The notes under the pieces are model-generated. The model was not told the origin of the DNA. It ran no database searches and was given only the letters and a program-made list of their open reading frames with translations. Shown piece after piece: positions 30,018-41,798 of a stretch of DNA of 64,000 nucleotides. The translations under genes were made by a program, and so were the position numbers. The stretch comes from an uncultured cyanobacterium (lineage in GTDB: Bacteria; Cyanobacteriota; Cyanobacteriia; PCC-9006; JAAUQQ01): positions 4,000,001-4,064,000 of the forward strand of contig OY970368.1 of NCBI GenBank assembly GCA_963718615.1, in the 5' to 3' direction. Within the stretch, counting starts at the first letter, position 1; each line of letters opens with the position of its first letter.

Positions 30018-30614
30018 TTAGAAAATGCGATCGCGCCGATAGGGCTCCTTCCGAACCTGCTCAAACCGACCCATCAAATAGGCCACGCCAAAATCCCCAT
30101 TGGGATGTTTTTCTAGCAAGTCCGCAACCCAGAACACCTGTTCCGCTAAATCTGGCCCAAGTTTGTCGAGAATGGCCTGCCGCTCTTGATCCGCCAGCTC
30201 CTTTTTGCGCACTCGGTTTTGCCAGTCCGTCGAGAACAGCCGATGGATGGCCGTATGAAACCCCAGCTTCTCTAGGATGTTCCACTCGCCGCGATCGCAC
30301 CAAATGCCATTACAGCTAGGACAGCGCTCAACGTAAAACACCGGTCGGTACCCCACCTTCGCCCGCGAGAGATAACTGCCGCATTCAGGACAAAGCGCCG
30401 CTTTGGTGTCGTAGGGGGGCTGAATAAACTCCACGTCGACGCTGTCGGGCAAGCGACCCGGATCGGGCTCAGTTTGAGACTGACTTTTTTGCCAAACCTT
30501 ATATTCCTCTGCGGGAATCCAGTGGCCCTTACAGTCAGAACAATAATGGGCACGAAGCTGATCCGTCAGATAAATCTCAGACAGGAGGGTTTTCCGATCT
30601 TTAGGACAGAGCAC
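30018..30614 (-). CDS. zf-TFIIB-type zinc-ribbon protein
   Basis: CPKD..CSDCKGHW and CPECG..CPSCNGIWCDRGEW. Confidence 0.8.
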   Translation of the reverse strand: MLCPKDRKTLLSEIYLTDQLRAHYCSDCKGHWIPAEEYKVWQKSQSQTEPDPGRLPDSVDVEFIQPPYDTKAALCPECGSYLSRAKVGYRPVFYVERCPSCNGIWCDRGEWNILEKLGFHTAIHRLFSTDWQNRVRKKELADQERQAILDKLGPDLAEQVFWVADLLEKHPNGDFGVAYLMGRFEQVRKEPYRRDRIF

Positions 30615-30798
30615 GTGGGTTCAGGGGGCTAAAGGATTCGCAAGATCTCAAGGCTAAGGTGTGAGGATAGCGAAAAGTCAAGCGACCACACCGCTAATAC
30701 AGCTTCAAGCCGTTAGCAGTAAGCACTTTAGTGCCGAGTGAAGGACTGATTTTGTACTTTAGCATTCTTGCCCTGAATCGCAAGGTCTTAGGTAGCGA

Positions 30799-31221
30799 TT
30801 ATGACGTTGTATCTAGTGCTGCGTCTGGCGTTGCGTCTGGCGTTGCGTCTGAAGTTGCAGCTGAAAGGATTTGTCGTAGACCTTGGCAATAGTCTGCCAG
30901 CAATCGGAGGCGATCGCCAATCTGCTGATAGCGCTGTTGACGAGTCGCAGCCTGACGAGCACTCTGCAAAAACAAAAGATCCGTCTGGAGGAGCCGCATC
31001 TGTTTGCGCATTTCCGTTTGGACCGATTGTAAAAGGGCGGCTTGTCGGGGGGCGCTTGCCCCCTCCCAGGACTTAACCTGTTGTTGGTAATGGCGCTGGA
31101 CTGCGGCCCAAGCGGGAGCCAGGTTCTCCTGCTGCGCCACGGCCTGGGTCATGGCGGCTAGGGCCTGCTCTAAGGCCTCTAGGGCGGAATCATAGATTTC
31201 TGGCAACAAAAAATCGTTCAT
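30799..31221 (-). CDS. patD: PatD-like protein
   Basis: QSVQTEMRKQMRLLQTDLLFLQSARQ..TRQQRYQQIGDRL..L..YCQ; divergent from the RSH gene, the known patD context. Confidence 0.8.
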   Translation of the reverse strand: MNDFLLPEIYDSALEALEQALAAMTQAVAQQENLAPAWAAVQRHYQQQVKSWEGASAPRQAALLQSVQTEMRKQMRLLQTDLLFLQSARQAATRQQRYQQIGDRLRLLADYCQGLRQILSAATSDATPDATPDAALDTTS

Positions 31222-31655
31222 TAATTCCGGAATTGTTAACGTCGTTAAGGAAATGTTAAGAATGAACGGAATTTTTCGGTATTATTGGACCTAATCTCCA
31301 GTTCTGCGGAGAATTTCTCTGGGAAAACTTTACCTATTGATGAAGAAAAGGTCGCTGAAGCCTGTCTTTTCTTTCTGTAGTCTGACGTTTTTTTTCAAAT
31401 GTTCTGACTGCCCCAATAATCGTCCAGGCTGAAGATGACGTCGTCAGGGTTAGTTAAGATCCCCTAAAAACTCTAGAATTTCTACCCTCGCATTTTTTGC
31501 AGAAGCGGTCATCCTAGAGTTATGGCGTGATTGAAGCAGCGACTCCGCTTTAATTTAAATCTTCTTATTCTGGATTACCCATTGGATTCATCTTTTGAGG
31601 GATCAACACCGATCTCTCATTGGTTTCCCCTCTCTCTTTTCTTGGACTTCGAGCT

Positions 31656-34052
31656 ATGAACGTTGCGATCGCCACGGCCCTGCCCACGACCCAAGCCCCT
31701 TCTTCCCCAAGCTACTCTGGCACAGGTTCTAGCCCTGATCCGGGCGAGGAATCTCAAGTTTCAACTCAAGCCTCGAAGGATTACGAAATTACGGTCCCGG
31801 CATGGTTGCAAAGTTGTTTGCTCAGTCAAGCGCCAGCCCTTCTCGAAGGTGAAGCCGCCCCCGATCCTGCCGCTGTCTCTCAAGGGGGATCCGGTGATTT
31901 AGTGTGTCGGGCATTTCAGTTGGCCTACACCCTGCACGAAGGGCAGTTTCGGAAGTCCGGTGAGCCCTATATTTTACATCCGCTGGCAGTGGCAGAATTG
32001 CTACGCGACTTAGGGGGAAGTGATGCAGTCATTGCCGCAGGCTTCTTGCACGATGTAATAGAAGATACCGCAATTACCTCCGAGGAAATTGAAGAAAAGT
32101 TTGGTTCTGAAGTTCGTCAGTTAGTCGATGGCGTCACCAAACTCTCTAAATTTAATTTCTCTAGCAAAACCGAAGAGCAAGCGGAAAACTTCCGACGAAT
32201 GTTTTTGGCCATGGCTAAAGATATTCGGGTGATTTTGGTGAAGCTGGCGGATCGCTTGCACAACATGCGGACGCTGGAGCATATGCCCGAAGCAAAGCGG
32301 CGGGTGAAGGCTCAGGAAACTCGCGATATTTTTGCCCCCTTGGCGAATCGGCTAGGGATCGGTCGGGTGAAGTGGGAGTTGGAAGACCTGGCGTTTAAGT
32401 ATTTGGAGCCGGATGCCTATCGGGAAATTCAATCCTTCGTGGCGGAAAAACGCACGGCGCGGGAGGAGCAGCTAGAGACCAGTATTGGGATGTTGCGCGA
32501 TCGCCTCACCCAAGCGGGCATTCAGATTATGGATCTGAGCGGACGGCCCAAGCACCTCTACAGCATCTACAGCAAGATGCAGCGCCAGAAAAAAGAGTTT
32601 CACGAGATTTACGACATTGCGGCGCTTCGCATTATTGTGCAGACCAATGAGGAATGCTATCGGGCCTTGGCCATTGTTCACGACATTTTTCAGCCGATCC
32701 CCGGACGATTTAAGGACTACATTGGCCTACCCAAGCCCAACCGCTATCAGTCCCTCCATACCTCGGTAATTGGTCTCTCGAAGCGACCCCTGGAGGTTCA
32801 GATCCGCACGATAGAAATGCACCATGTGGCGGAATACGGCATTGCGGCCCACTGGAAATACAAGGAAACCGGTGGCTCCCAAGGGCGGATGAATACCAAG
32901 GACGAGAAGTTCACCTGGCTGCGGCAACTCTTGGAGTGGCAAAGCGATCTGAAGGATGCGGAGGAGTATCTCGAAACCGTCAAAAATAATCTGTTTGACG
33001 AAGATATCTATGTGTTTACGCCCCAGGGGGATGTGGTACCCCTAGCCCAGGGGGCAACGACCGTGGATTTTGCCTATCGGATTCACTCGGAAGTGGGCAA
33101 TCACTGTGCTGGAGCCAAGATTAATGGACGCATCGTGCCGTTAGATACGGTGCTGAATAATGGTGACATCATCGAAATCATCACCACGAAAAATGCCCAT
33201 CCCAGTCTGGATTGGATGAACTTTGTGGTGACGTCCGGTGCCAAGAATCGGATCCGCAACTGGTTTAAGCGCTCCCATCGGGACGAAAACCTGCTGCGCG
33301 GACGGGACATGCTGGAGCGGGAGTTGGGCAAGTCTGGATTTGATGCTTTGCTGAAGTCAGAGCCCATGCAGCGAGTGGCGGAACGCTGTAATTACAATTC
33401 CGTCGATGATTTGTTGGCGGGACTCGGCCACGGCGGCACAACCCTAAACTTGATTGTCAATCGGATTAACGAAGCCACCCGCGAACAGCAAACCAAAGAA
33501 CAGGCTAAGCTGCCGGTCCCCAGCAATGCGGAGGTGATTGAATCCTTCAATACCAGTAGCCACCATCACCATCCCACTAAACGTCGCTACAGTGATAGTT
33601 CACCGATTTTGGGGGTGGAAGGACTGGTGCATCGGTTGGCACGTTGCTGTAGTCCACTACCCGGTGAAGATATTATCGGTGTGGTTTCCCTCGGCGGGCA
33701 GGGGATCAAGATTCACCGTCAGGGCTGTGGGCGGCTCAAGGATGTGGAGGGCGATCGCCTCATCCCCGTCCGCTGGAACCGCGAAGAAATCAACGGCAAC
33801 CATCCCCCCACCTATCCGGTGCCCATTCAAGTGGAAGCCATCGATCGCATTGGCCTCATGCGAGACATTTTGGTTCGCCTCAGCGACCACCACATCAATG
33901 TTAGCGATGCCAAGGTCACCACGGGGCCCAATAAGCCCGCCATTATTGACCTTTCCATTGATGTCTCCCACCACAGCCAAGTGAATCAGGTCTTTACCCA
34001 TTTGTTGCAGCTCAGCGATGTGTTGAGCGTGCGCCGGGTGAATAAAGCCTAG
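31656..34052 (+). CDS. relA: Bifunctional (p)ppGpp synthetase/hydrolase (RelA/SpoT homologue)
   Basis: [41 protein letters not shown]; TGS, ZFD and ACT domains. Confidence 0.96.
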   Translation: MNVAIATALPTTQAPSSPSYSGTGSSPDPGEESQVSTQASKDYEITVPAWLQSCLLSQAPALLEGEAAPDPAAVSQGGSGDLVCRAFQLAYTLHEGQFRKSGEPYILHPLAVAELLRDLGGSDAVIAAGFLHDVIEDTAITSEEIEEKFGSEVRQLVDGVTKLSKFNFSSKTEEQAENFRRMFLAMAKDIRVILVKLADRLHNMRTLEHMPEAKRRVKAQETRDIFAPLANRLGIGRVKWELEDLAFKYLEPDAYREIQSFVAEKRTAREEQLETSIGMLRDRLTQAGIQIMDLSGRPKHLYSIYSKMQRQKKEFHEIYDIAALRIIVQTNEECYRALAIVHDIFQPIPGRFKDYIGLPKPNRYQSLHTSVIGLSKRPLEVQIRTIEMHHVAEYGIAAHWKYKETGGSQGRMNTKDEKFTWLRQLLEWQSDLKDAEEYLETVKNNLFDEDIYVFTPQGDVVPLAQGATTVDFAYRIHSEVGNHCAGAKINGRIVPLDTVLNNGDIIEIITTKNAHPSLDWMNFVVTSGAKNRIRNWFKRSHRDENLLRGRDMLERELGKSGFDALLKSEPMQRVAERCNYNSVDDLLAGLGHGGTTLNLIVNRINEATREQQTKEQAKLPVPSNAEVIESFNTSSHHHHPTKRRYSDSSPILGVEGLVHRLARCCSPLPGEDIIGVVSLGGQGIKIHRQGCGRLKDVEGDRLIPVRWNREEINGNHPPTYPVPIQVEAIDRIGLMRDILVRLSDHHINVSDAKVTTGPNKPAIIDLSIDVSHHSQVNQVFTHLLQLSDVLSVRRVNKA

Positions 34053-34102
34053 TTTCGGCTCTATCTCGGGTCTGTGCTGGGGCCTATTCTTCAATCAAAT
34101 CC

Positions 34103-35608
34103 ATGGTGCTAGAAACCCAAAATCCGTTTTTGCTGTTGCCCTACGAGCCTGCCTTTGAGTCTCTGGGGGAAGACTATGGCGATCGCGTCAGCGCTGCCGA
34201 GTTCCCCGAGCAGATTCTGCGGTTTCGCAACGATGCCCTCTTGCCCCAGCTGGGTCTGGATCCGCACAGGGTTAGCGATGCGGACTTTACGGAGGCCTTT
34301 GGGGCCTTTTGGGGGCGATCGCCGTTTCTGGCAATGCGCTACCACGGCTATCAGTTTGGTGAATATAACTCCCGACTGGGGGATGGTCGCGGTTTTCTCT
34401 ATGGCCAGGTGCGGGGCATCGATGGCGAACTCTATGACCTTGGCACTAAGGGCTCGGGGACAACGCCCTATTCACGGGGCGGCGACGGGCGGCTGACGCT
34501 CAAGGGGGGGGTGCGTGAAGTCTTGGGGGCGGAAGCTCTCCATGCCCAAGGGGTTCGGACCTCCCGCTGCCTCAGCCTTGTGGAAACGGGCGAAAAACTC
34601 TGGCGGGGCGATGAGCCTTCACCGACCCGCTCCTCCGTGATGGTGCGCTTGAGTCGATCCCATATTCGCTTTGGCACCTTTGAGCGCCTCCACTCCCTCA
34701 ACCGTCCGGATTTAATCCAACCGCTGCTAGACCACGTCATTGCGGTCTATTATCCCCATCTCCAGGGTGACCCCGATGCGGGCGTGAAGTTTTACCAGGA
34801 GCTGGTCCTGCGCGTTGCTGAACTCGCGGCCCAGTGGACCTCTGTAGGGTTTTGCCATGGGGTTCTCAATACCGACAACATGGCGATTACCGGCGAAAGC
34901 TTTGACTACGGTCCCTACGCGTTCATTCCCACCTATAATCCCAAGTTCACCGCCGCCTATTTTGACTACTACGGGCGTTATAGCTACGGTAATCAGCCGG
35001 GGATCTGCCATCTCAACTTACAAATGTTACAAGCGCCCTTGGGTCTGATTTTGCCCAAGGCTGAGCTCGAAGCAGCCTTAACGGCCTTCGAGGGACATTT
35101 TCAAGCGACCTATCGTCAGCGGATGTTCAATCGCCTGGGGTTTGGCCCCACCGCCAGCTCCGGTGACTGGGCGAATGACTGGGCAGATGGCTGGGCAGAT
35201 GACCTGGTGCGCTGGACGGTTCAGCTTTTAGCCATAAGCCAGGTGGGCTATGGGGATTTCTTCCGACGGCTGCGGCTGCAATTTTCGCCCCAGTGGCGCG
35301 AGGACGGGATGGCGATTCCGGTCGAGCTGTTTCGACCCGACCTGGAAACCGAGTTAGGAGCCGAGTCAAAAAACGAGTCCCAGGACTTTCAGCTAGAAGG
35401 CTGGGAGCAATGGCGCGATCGCTACCACCTTGCCCTCAATCAGCTCTCTCCAAAGCAGTTTGAAACCGTCGCCCCCTGTCTCCAACGACACAATCCCCTG
35501 ACAATTTTAGTCCGTCCTGAAATTGAAACCCTTTGGACCGCTATCGACCAACGCGATGACTGGGAGCCCTTTAATGAACTGGTACAGCGTTTACAAACTG
35601 GCCAGTAG
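34103..35608 (+). CDS. selO: Protein adenylyltransferase SelO (YdiU)
   Basis: [42 protein letters not shown]. Confidence 0.92.
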   Translation: MVLETQNPFLLLPYEPAFESLGEDYGDRVSAAEFPEQILRFRNDALLPQLGLDPHRVSDADFTEAFGAFWGRSPFLAMRYHGYQFGEYNSRLGDGRGFLYGQVRGIDGELYDLGTKGSGTTPYSRGGDGRLTLKGGVREVLGAEALHAQGVRTSRCLSLVETGEKLWRGDEPSPTRSSVMVRLSRSHIRFGTFERLHSLNRPDLIQPLLDHVIAVYYPHLQGDPDAGVKFYQELVLRVAELAAQWTSVGFCHGVLNTDNMAITGESFDYGPYAFIPTYNPKFTAAYFDYYGRYSYGNQPGICHLNLQMLQAPLGLILPKAELEAALTAFEGHFQATYRQRMFNRLGFGPTASSGDWANDWADGWADDLVRWTVQLLAISQVGYGDFFRRLRLQFSPQWREDGMAIPVELFRPDLETELGAESKNESQDFQLEGWEQWRDRYHLALNQLSPKQFETVAPCLQRHNPLTILVRPEIETLWTAIDQRDDWEPFNELVQRLQTGQ

Positions 35609-35833
35609 TTAAACCAAACGTTCTTTTATTCGAAATTCATCAAAAATTAAGCCAGATCTGGCTTGCGGCGTCTGGGCGATCGCCGCAGAGGATGCTATCC
35701 TAATCCTGCAAATTGCCGCTCCTGCCCAGCATCGGTAATCCTACGGCGTCAATCCCTAGGCTTGCCATCCCCCAGGAATGTGCTAAAACCGATCCAATGT
35801 GTCCAACTTTGGGCGCAAGTATCTGGAAAACCT

Positions 35834-36568
35834 ATGAGCGAGACGACGGCATTTTTAGCGGGTACTGCGGTAGCAGGAATCTCAGCCCTTCTCTTATTGA
35901 AGGGTGGATTTGGCTTGGGTCAACCGTCGTCCCCCTATGGCTTGACCCCGGCCCAGCCGACGCCTCTGCCCCCAGCCCTGAGCACAGCGCCAGCACCAGC
36001 GACAGCCCCAACCCCCTCCGATCCTTGGGGACAAAATCAGAACGAATTGCTGCGATCGCAGCTCGAACAACAAAAGACGCTCACCGGCCAACTCCGCTCT
36101 CAGCTCGATCAACAGGAGTCCATGACCGAGCAATTGCGGTCTCAGCTAGAGCAGCAGCGCAACCAGACCGATCGCGTCGTGGCTCAGCTCCAGGATCAAC
36201 AGCGTTCGGTCGATCGCCTCTCGATTCAGCAGGGGCTCCCCAATGGCGGCATGCCCGGCGGCGCAGTCCTGGCGCAGAATAACCAAACCTCGCCCCAGGT
36301 GGTTTTGCTGTGGGCCATGGGGGGCGTCTTTTTGTTGGTCATTATTGGCGGTGGCATCCTCCTACTCGTGGTGGTGGTCCTAGCCAGTCAGCAACAGCCC
36401 CGGCGGCAGCGGCCCCCTCAGCCTTACATGCTCCATTCCCAGGGGATGCCAGAACCTCCCTATTACCCGTCCTACCCCCCCCAGCGTCCCCGTCAACAGC
36501 AACCGCCAACGACCTATGTGTTGCCTCAGCGCAGTGTCCGACGGGTAGATTCCTACGATTCTTATTAA
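35834..36568 (+). CDS. PatN-like membrane protein (hydrophobic N-terminus, Gln-rich coiled coil, TM helix, Pro-rich tail)
   Basis: MSETTAFLAGTAVAGISALLLLKG N-terminus and domain order match the described PatN architecture; orthology not verified. Confidence 0.6.
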   Translation: MSETTAFLAGTAVAGISALLLLKGGFGLGQPSSPYGLTPAQPTPLPPALSTAPAPATAPTPSDPWGQNQNELLRSQLEQQKTLTGQLRSQLDQQESMTEQLRSQLEQQRNQTDRVVAQLQDQQRSVDRLSIQQGLPNGGMPGGAVLAQNNQTSPQVVLLWAMGGVFLLVIIGGGILLLVVVVLASQQQPRRQRPPQPYMLHSQGMPEPPYYPSYPPQRPRQQQPPTTYVLPQRSVRRVDSYDSY

Positions 36569-37140
36569 TCTTGCTCAATAAATTTTTTGTGTAACCGACG
36601 CCTCAGGCGTTTGCGGTGGGCGCGGTGAAGTAAATATCGAGAGCCCCAGTAGCCTAAAACCGACAGGACCAGCCCCAGCAGCGCGCACCCTAGAAAAAGA
36701 GTCCCAACAAACTGGCCCCCCAGATCCAACATCGCCTGGGTGCTCAGAAAGGTCTGGGTACTAAAGCTTTGCGTCTCGTTGTTGAGGACCCACTTGCCTA
36801 CGTGGAAACCGAGGCTGTAGAGGGGGATATAGGTGAGGGGATTGCTAATCCAGGTGGAGGCAGCGGCGACTACTCGGTGACCTCGGAAGACGCTGGCTAG
36901 GGCGATCGCAATGACGATCTGAAGCCCAAACAGCGGCAAATATCCCGAAAACAGCCCCACCGCCAAGCCTCGGGCGATGTAGGTTGGATCCGAGTGCAGA
37001 CGGATAAAGCGATAGTAAAAATAGCGCATCCTCCGTTTCCAACCGCGTCGGGGCGATCGCGGCTGATTGTCTGGTTTGAAGGGATAACGGTAGGGCAAGG
37101 GCGCGGATGTTAAATCTGAATTGAGCGGAGATCGCTGCAT
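36565..37140 (-). CDS. DUF2062 membrane protein
   Basis: IARGLAVGLF..PLFGLQ..TWISNPLTYIPLY. Confidence 0.85.
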   Translation of the reverse strand: MQRSPLNSDLTSAPLPYRYPFKPDNQPRSPRRGWKRRMRYFYYRFIRLHSDPTYIARGLAVGLFSGYLPLFGLQIVIAIALASVFRGHRVVAAASTWISNPLTYIPLYSLGFHVGKWVLNNETQSFSTQTFLSTQAMLDLGGQFVGTLFLGCALLGLVLSVLGYWGSRYLLHRAHRKRLRRRLHKKFIEQD

Positions 37141-37357
37141 GGTTGACTCAGGAACCTAAGCGCTAGGGGATCACGACGGAGCGGGGTAGATCGGGCAGTC
37201 ATGGGGAAACTACGGGAAACTACTCTATTTTTAAGGAGATATCCCCATTATCTCGATGGACCTGGGACGTGACAAATTTTCTAGAGAATAAACGGCCTGA
37301 AACGGAACGCTAATCGAACGCTAATCGAATGCCAATCGAACGCCCATTGAACTCACT

Positions 37358-38725
37358 ATGACTGCCACTATTGTCGCGATCGCCACTGCTATCGTTCCCC
37401 AGCAGGGCTCTGTGGGAATTGTACGGATGTCGGGTCCGGAGGCGATCGCCATTGCCCGTCGTCTCTTCCAGGCTCCAGGTCAGCAGCCCTGGGAAAGCCA
37501 CAGAATTCTTTATGGTTATGTTCAGGATTTCAAATCCCAGGAGACGATTGACGAAGCTCTGCTCCTGTTAATGCGGGCTCCCCGCTCTTACACCAAGGAA
37601 GATGTGGTGGAGTTCCATTGCCATGGCGGCATTATGGTGGTGCAGCGGGTGCTGCAGCTCTGCGTGGCGGCGGGGGCGAGGCTGGCCCAGCCGGGGGAAT
37701 TTACGCTGCGGGCGTTTTTGAATGGACGCATTGACCTGACCCAAGCGGAAAGTGTAGCGGATTTGGTCGGTGCCCAGTCGCCCCAGGCCGCAGGCTTTGC
37801 ACTGGCGGGAATTCGCGGCAAGCTGGCCCAGCCCATTCGGCAGTTGCGATCGACCTGCTTAGACATTCTGGCGGAAATCGAAGCGCGGGTGGATTTTGAG
37901 GATGACTTGCCCCCCTTGGATGAAACGGAGATTCGGCGGCAGTTGCGGGCGGTGTTGGCGAACCTCAATCAGATTTTGGCGACGGCGGATCGGGGGGAAC
38001 TGTTGCGATCGGGCTTGAAGGTGGCGATCGTTGGTCAGCCCAATGTGGGGAAGTCGAGTTTGCTCAATGCCTGGAGTCGGAGCGATCGCGCCATTGTCAC
38101 AGATCTACCGGGCACGACGCGGGATGTGGTGGAGTCGCAGCTTGTGGTGGGTGGGATTCCAGTGCAGGTGTTGGATACGGCGGGGATTCGGGAGACGGAG
38201 GATCAAGTGGAACGGATTGGCGTGGCGCGATCGCAAGCGGCGGCCCAGGAGGCAGACTTGGTTTTGCTCACGCTGGATGCTTCCGTGGGCTGGACAGCGG
38301 CGGATCAGGAGATCTATGGGCAAGTGCAGGGACGATCTCTGATTATTGTTTTGAATAAGGTGGATCTGCTCCAGCCGGGACAAGCCTTGCCACACCTGCC
38401 GATACCAGCCAGGGTGGTTAAAACGGCAGCGGCGAAACATCAGGGCATCGAGGATTTGGAGCAGGCTATTTTGCAGGAAGTACAGAGCGGAGATGCCCAG
38501 GCAACCCAGCTAGACTGGGCGATCAATCAACGTCAGGCGGCAGCATTGACGCGAGCCCAAGTGGCCTTGGAGCAGGTGCAGGAGACCATTGCGGAGCAAA
38601 TGCCCTTTGACTTTTGGACGATTGATCTGCGGGGTGCGATTCAGGCCTTGGGAGAAGTCACAGGTGAAGGTATGACAGAGCCGATGTTAGAACGGATTTT
38701 CAGTCGGTTTTGTATTGGTAAATAG
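37358..38725 (+). CDS. mnmE: tRNA modification GTPase MnmE
   Basis: [29 protein letters not shown]; ends FCIGK. Confidence 0.97.
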   Translation: MTATIVAIATAIVPQQGSVGIVRMSGPEAIAIARRLFQAPGQQPWESHRILYGYVQDFKSQETIDEALLLLMRAPRSYTKEDVVEFHCHGGIMVVQRVLQLCVAAGARLAQPGEFTLRAFLNGRIDLTQAESVADLVGAQSPQAAGFALAGIRGKLAQPIRQLRSTCLDILAEIEARVDFEDDLPPLDETEIRRQLRAVLANLNQILATADRGELLRSGLKVAIVGQPNVGKSSLLNAWSRSDRAIVTDLPGTTRDVVESQLVVGGIPVQVLDTAGIRETEDQVERIGVARSQAAAQEADLVLLTLDASVGWTAADQEIYGQVQGRSLIIVLNKVDLLQPGQALPHLPIPARVVKTAAAKHQGIEDLEQAILQEVQSGDAQATQLDWAINQRQAAALTRAQVALEQVQETIAEQMPFDFWTIDLRGAIQALGEVTGEGMTEPMLERIFSRFCIGK

Positions 38726-38906
38726 GTTTTGTATCGGTCAAGAAATGTCCTCGCTGTATCACAAGCCTTACATAACTTTAACTTTTGGCGGTGATAAGCA
38801 TTTCCTATCCAGCGTGGGCACGCTAATCCTAGCTGAACTATTCCTCGATGAAGAGAAATTGAGTCAGCCCCGCTAACTTCACCCACTTCACCGAGAGGTA
38901 CCTCCA

Positions 38907-39356
38907 ATGACGCTGGATTCTCCGCAACCCGCCTCCGCCGGAACCGCAACCCTAAGCCGTACTGCCCAGCGCAGCGTCGCACCGGGCCTAGAGACGTCTC
39001 GTGCTGCCACTGCCCCCCGGCCCGATTGGCAGCCTGCCCTAGAGCTCCAAGAAACTGCTGATCGGATCTATGTGCAACTGCAACTACCGGGCTTTTGTCG
39101 AGAAGCAATCGAGATTCAGGCAACCCCCACCGATGTCATGGTCCGGGGAGCTCATTTTTCAGCCTATGGTTCCTCGAAAGGCTGCGTGCTGGCTTCAGAA
39201 TTTCACTACGGTCCGTTTGAACGGGTGATTTTGTTGCCCACTCGCATTGACCCGCAGCATAGCCAAGCGGACTTTCACCAGGGATTATTAACTTTGACGC
39301 TGACCAAAGCTACAGCCAAAGTGACAGCCAAAGTGACAGCCAAAGCGACGGCCTAA
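38907..39356 (+). CDS. Hsp20/alpha-crystallin small heat-shock protein
   Basis: WQPALELQET..LPG..SEFHYGPFERVILLP..GLLTLTL. Confidence 0.85.
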   Translation: MTLDSPQPASAGTATLSRTAQRSVAPGLETSRAATAPRPDWQPALELQETADRIYVQLQLPGFCREAIEIQATPTDVMVRGAHFSAYGSSKGCVLASEFHYGPFERVILLPTRIDPQHSQADFHQGLLTLTLTKATAKVTAKVTAKATA

Positions 39357-39387
39357 CCCAGTCAGCGCCTCACAAAATATTAGCCGC

Positions 39388-39678
39388 CTAGGCCAAGGTC
39401 GCTGTTGTGAAGCCACGCTCGCTGCCCCGATAGGTTGCAACGGTAGCGCGGCCCGTACCCCGATGACCCGCCAGGGTGGTCTGTGCTCTGCCGGTACCTC
39501 GGTAAGCCACGGTTTGTTCTGCTTGTTTTGCTTCGACCCGGCCCGTGCCACGATAGGCGAGGGTCGGGTTTTTGTCAGCAGCGGTGTTGATCGAGGAGTT
39601 GATCGAAAAACTGAGGGGAGTGGCGATCGCCAAAACAGCGAGAACAGCGACACGGGTTTGAAGGGTAGAAAACATCAT
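39388..39678 (-). CDS. PatX-like secreted peptide precursor with four RG(T/S)xR cores
   Basis: Signal peptide, then YRGTGR, YRGTGR, HRGTGR, YRGSER encoded by different synonymous codons; AAGGA ribosome-binding site. Confidence 0.8.
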   Translation of the reverse strand: MMFSTLQTRVAVLAVLAIATPLSFSINSSINTAADKNPTLAYRGTGRVEAKQAEQTVAYRGTGRAQTTLAGHRGTGRATVATYRGSERGFTTATLA

Positions 39679-40169
39679 GATTATCCTTGCAGGGTTGGTT
39701 GATTTGCTTGTTTGACTTGCTTGTGGAGATCTACAAAACCCCGCCACTTTCTACGCACTGCACTGAAAATTTGATGTCGATTAAAAAATTGTTCTAAGGG
39801 TGATTCTTTCAGTGAAATTTTCGACGGTACCGAAAGTTGTCTAGGACAAATCACCTAGATATGATGTCTGTCTCCTAGGAAATTTCAGGAAAGATCAAGG
39901 GGAAACCCACCTACCCCCCGAGGAAAGCTGGGGACAGCTCACAGACTGGCTCTCGCCCCCGATCGCTTCATCCGATATCTGGGGAACGCTAAAACCAGAC
40001 CTAGCCATTTCTGTTTCTGTTGACAGGTTTTTTTGCTATGGCTTCTTTCCTGAAGCTTCCCTGCGAACCGTTGGCTTGGGGCGATCGCTCTACCAGAAAT
40101 CTCCGCAGTGCTCCGCCTATACCCGAAGGGTTAGGGGGTGGTGAAGCGGAGCGCGACCGCAGGAAGCAA

Positions 40170-40583
40170 CTAATCAATCTCGGCCTGCTGTTGAATATAT
40201 TGCCTGAGAACAGATATAGGGGCTCCGCCACAAGAAATAATGCAGTAGGAACGACTCCAAAAGATCGGCTTATCTCGGTAGATCTGATTAAGGTGTTCAC
40301 CAAACTCTTTCCTGATTAACCGACTAGAGACAGTTTTTAAGTTGTTCACCAACTTTGACGGCTGAACCTTGGGATTGATCGAGATAAGAAGATGAACATG
40401 GTCAGCCTCCCCATTAAACTCAAGCAGGTTGCCATCCCACTTAACGAGCGTCTGCGCGAATATCTCTCGCATTCTGTCCAGCATGGGTTTTGTGATGCAC
40501 TTTCGTCGGTACTTAGTGCAAGCGACTAAGTGGAATTGAAGATTATAGGAGCAGTGGTGGAGTGTATTTAACGGTTGCGACAT
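40170..40583 (-). CDS. tnpA: IS200-family Y1 (HUH) transposase TnpA
   Basis: FHLVACTKYRR, EADHVHLL (HUH), FWSRSY, YIQQQ catalytic Tyr. Confidence 0.95.
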   Translation of the reverse strand: MSQPLNTLHHCSYNLQFHLVACTKYRRKCITKPMLDRMREIFAQTLVKWDGNLLEFNGEADHVHLLISINPKVQPSKLVNNLKTVSSRLIRKEFGEHLNQIYRDKPIFWSRSYCIISCGGAPISVLRQYIQQQAEID

Positions 40584-40610
40584 TGTAGGCGACTAAGCTA
40601 GAATAAGACC

Positions 40611-41798
40611 ATGCTAACACTGACCTATGAGTACAAACTGAAGCCAACCGCTCAGCAGATTGAGGAGCTAGAAAATAGCTTGGATGTTTGCCGAAAAGTC
40701 TGGAATTATGCCCTGAAAGAGCGCAAGGACTGGATTGCTTCAAGAAAGTGTCCTATCAATGCTTGCTCAATTCGGGGTGAGTACATCATGGCGGCGGATG
40801 CTCCCTATCCCGGTTTTGCTCACCAGTGCAAATCCCTGACCCAAGCCAAGAAGACTAATCCTGACCTCAAGTCTGTCAATGCTCAATCCCTTCAGCAAGT
40901 GCTGAAGACTTTAGAAAAAGCATTCAAGGATAAGGCAGAACGGGGGTTTGGGTTTCCTCGGTTTAAGAAGTCGGGGCAAATGAAGTCGTTTCTGTTTCCT
41001 CAATTGGGTAAGACTCCACTGGGAGACGGGTGGGTAAATCTTCCCAGTATTGGGAAAACTGCTATCCGGCAGTCTCGGCCCTATCCCGAAGGCTTCCAGG
41101 TGAAGCAGGCCAGGATAGTGAAGCGGGCGTCAGGGTTTTATGTGGTGCTCTGTTTTCAAGCGGAGTTGTCCATTCCCGATGTGCCATTGGTAGGTCAGTG
41201 TGTGGGTGTCGATGTAGGGTTGGAATATTTCCTGTCAGCCTCGGATGGCTTGCAAGTTCATTGTCCTCGGTTTTTCGTTGACCTGCAAAGCGAGCTGAAA
41301 TTGCTGCAACGCCGGTTGAAGAAAAAGGTGCTGGGGTCGAAGAACTGGAAAAAACTTCAACTCAAGATCGCAAAGCTGCATGAACGAATCAGCCACACTC
41401 GCAAGGATTTTCACTTCAAGATTGCTCATCTGCTCTGTGACCGGGGCGATGTGATTGCGGTGGAGAATCTGAATCTAGTGGGCTTGTCCCGTGGCATGTT
41501 GGGTAAACACATGCTCGATGCTGGATTGGGACAGTTCCTGAATCAGATTTTGCCTTGGGTTTGCTTCAAGCGAGGGAAGGGGTATCTGAAAGTGGATGCC
41601 CGTGGAACCTCTCAGCAATGTCCTGATTGTGGTCATGCTGTCAAAAAGCAGCTTTCAGACCGTTGGCATAGTTGTGCCCATTGCGGGTCATCAATGCCTC
41701 GGGATATTGCCAGCGCGATTGTGATTAAGCAAAGGGCCGTGGGGCGCACGGTTCAAGAAAAGGCTTGTGGAGACGGTCTAGCGGGGGTGGCGGCATGA
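40611..41798 (+). CDS. tnpB: RNA-guided endonuclease TnpB
   Basis: HTH N-terminus; RuvC-I GVDVG, RuvC-II VENL, zinc finger CPDC/CAHC, RuvC-III RDIASA; all catalytic residues present. Confidence 0.95.
   Translation: MLTLTYEYKLKPTAQQIEELENSLDVCRKVWNYALKERKDWIASRKCPINACSIRGEYIMAADAPYPGFAHQCKSLTQAKKTNPDLKSVNAQSLQQVLKTLEKAFKDKAERGFGFPRFKKSGQMKSFLFPQLGKTPLGDGWVNLPSIGKTAIRQSRPYPEGFQVKQARIVKRASGFYVVLCFQAELSIPDVPLVGQCVGVDVGLEYFLSASDGLQVHCPRFFVDLQSELKLLQRRLKKKVLGSKNWKKLQLKIAKLHERISHTRKDFHFKIAHLLCDRGDVIAVENLNLVGLSRGMLGKHMLDAGLGQFLNQILPWVCFKRGKGYLKVDARGTSQQCPDCGHAVKKQLSDRWHSCAHCGSSMPRDIASAIVIKQRAVGRTVQEKACGDGLAGVAA

Noticed and set aside
40001-40319. ORFs 40020-40319 (+) and 40001-40303 (-)
   Set aside because: They cross the IS left junction and overlap tnpA; chance chimeric frames
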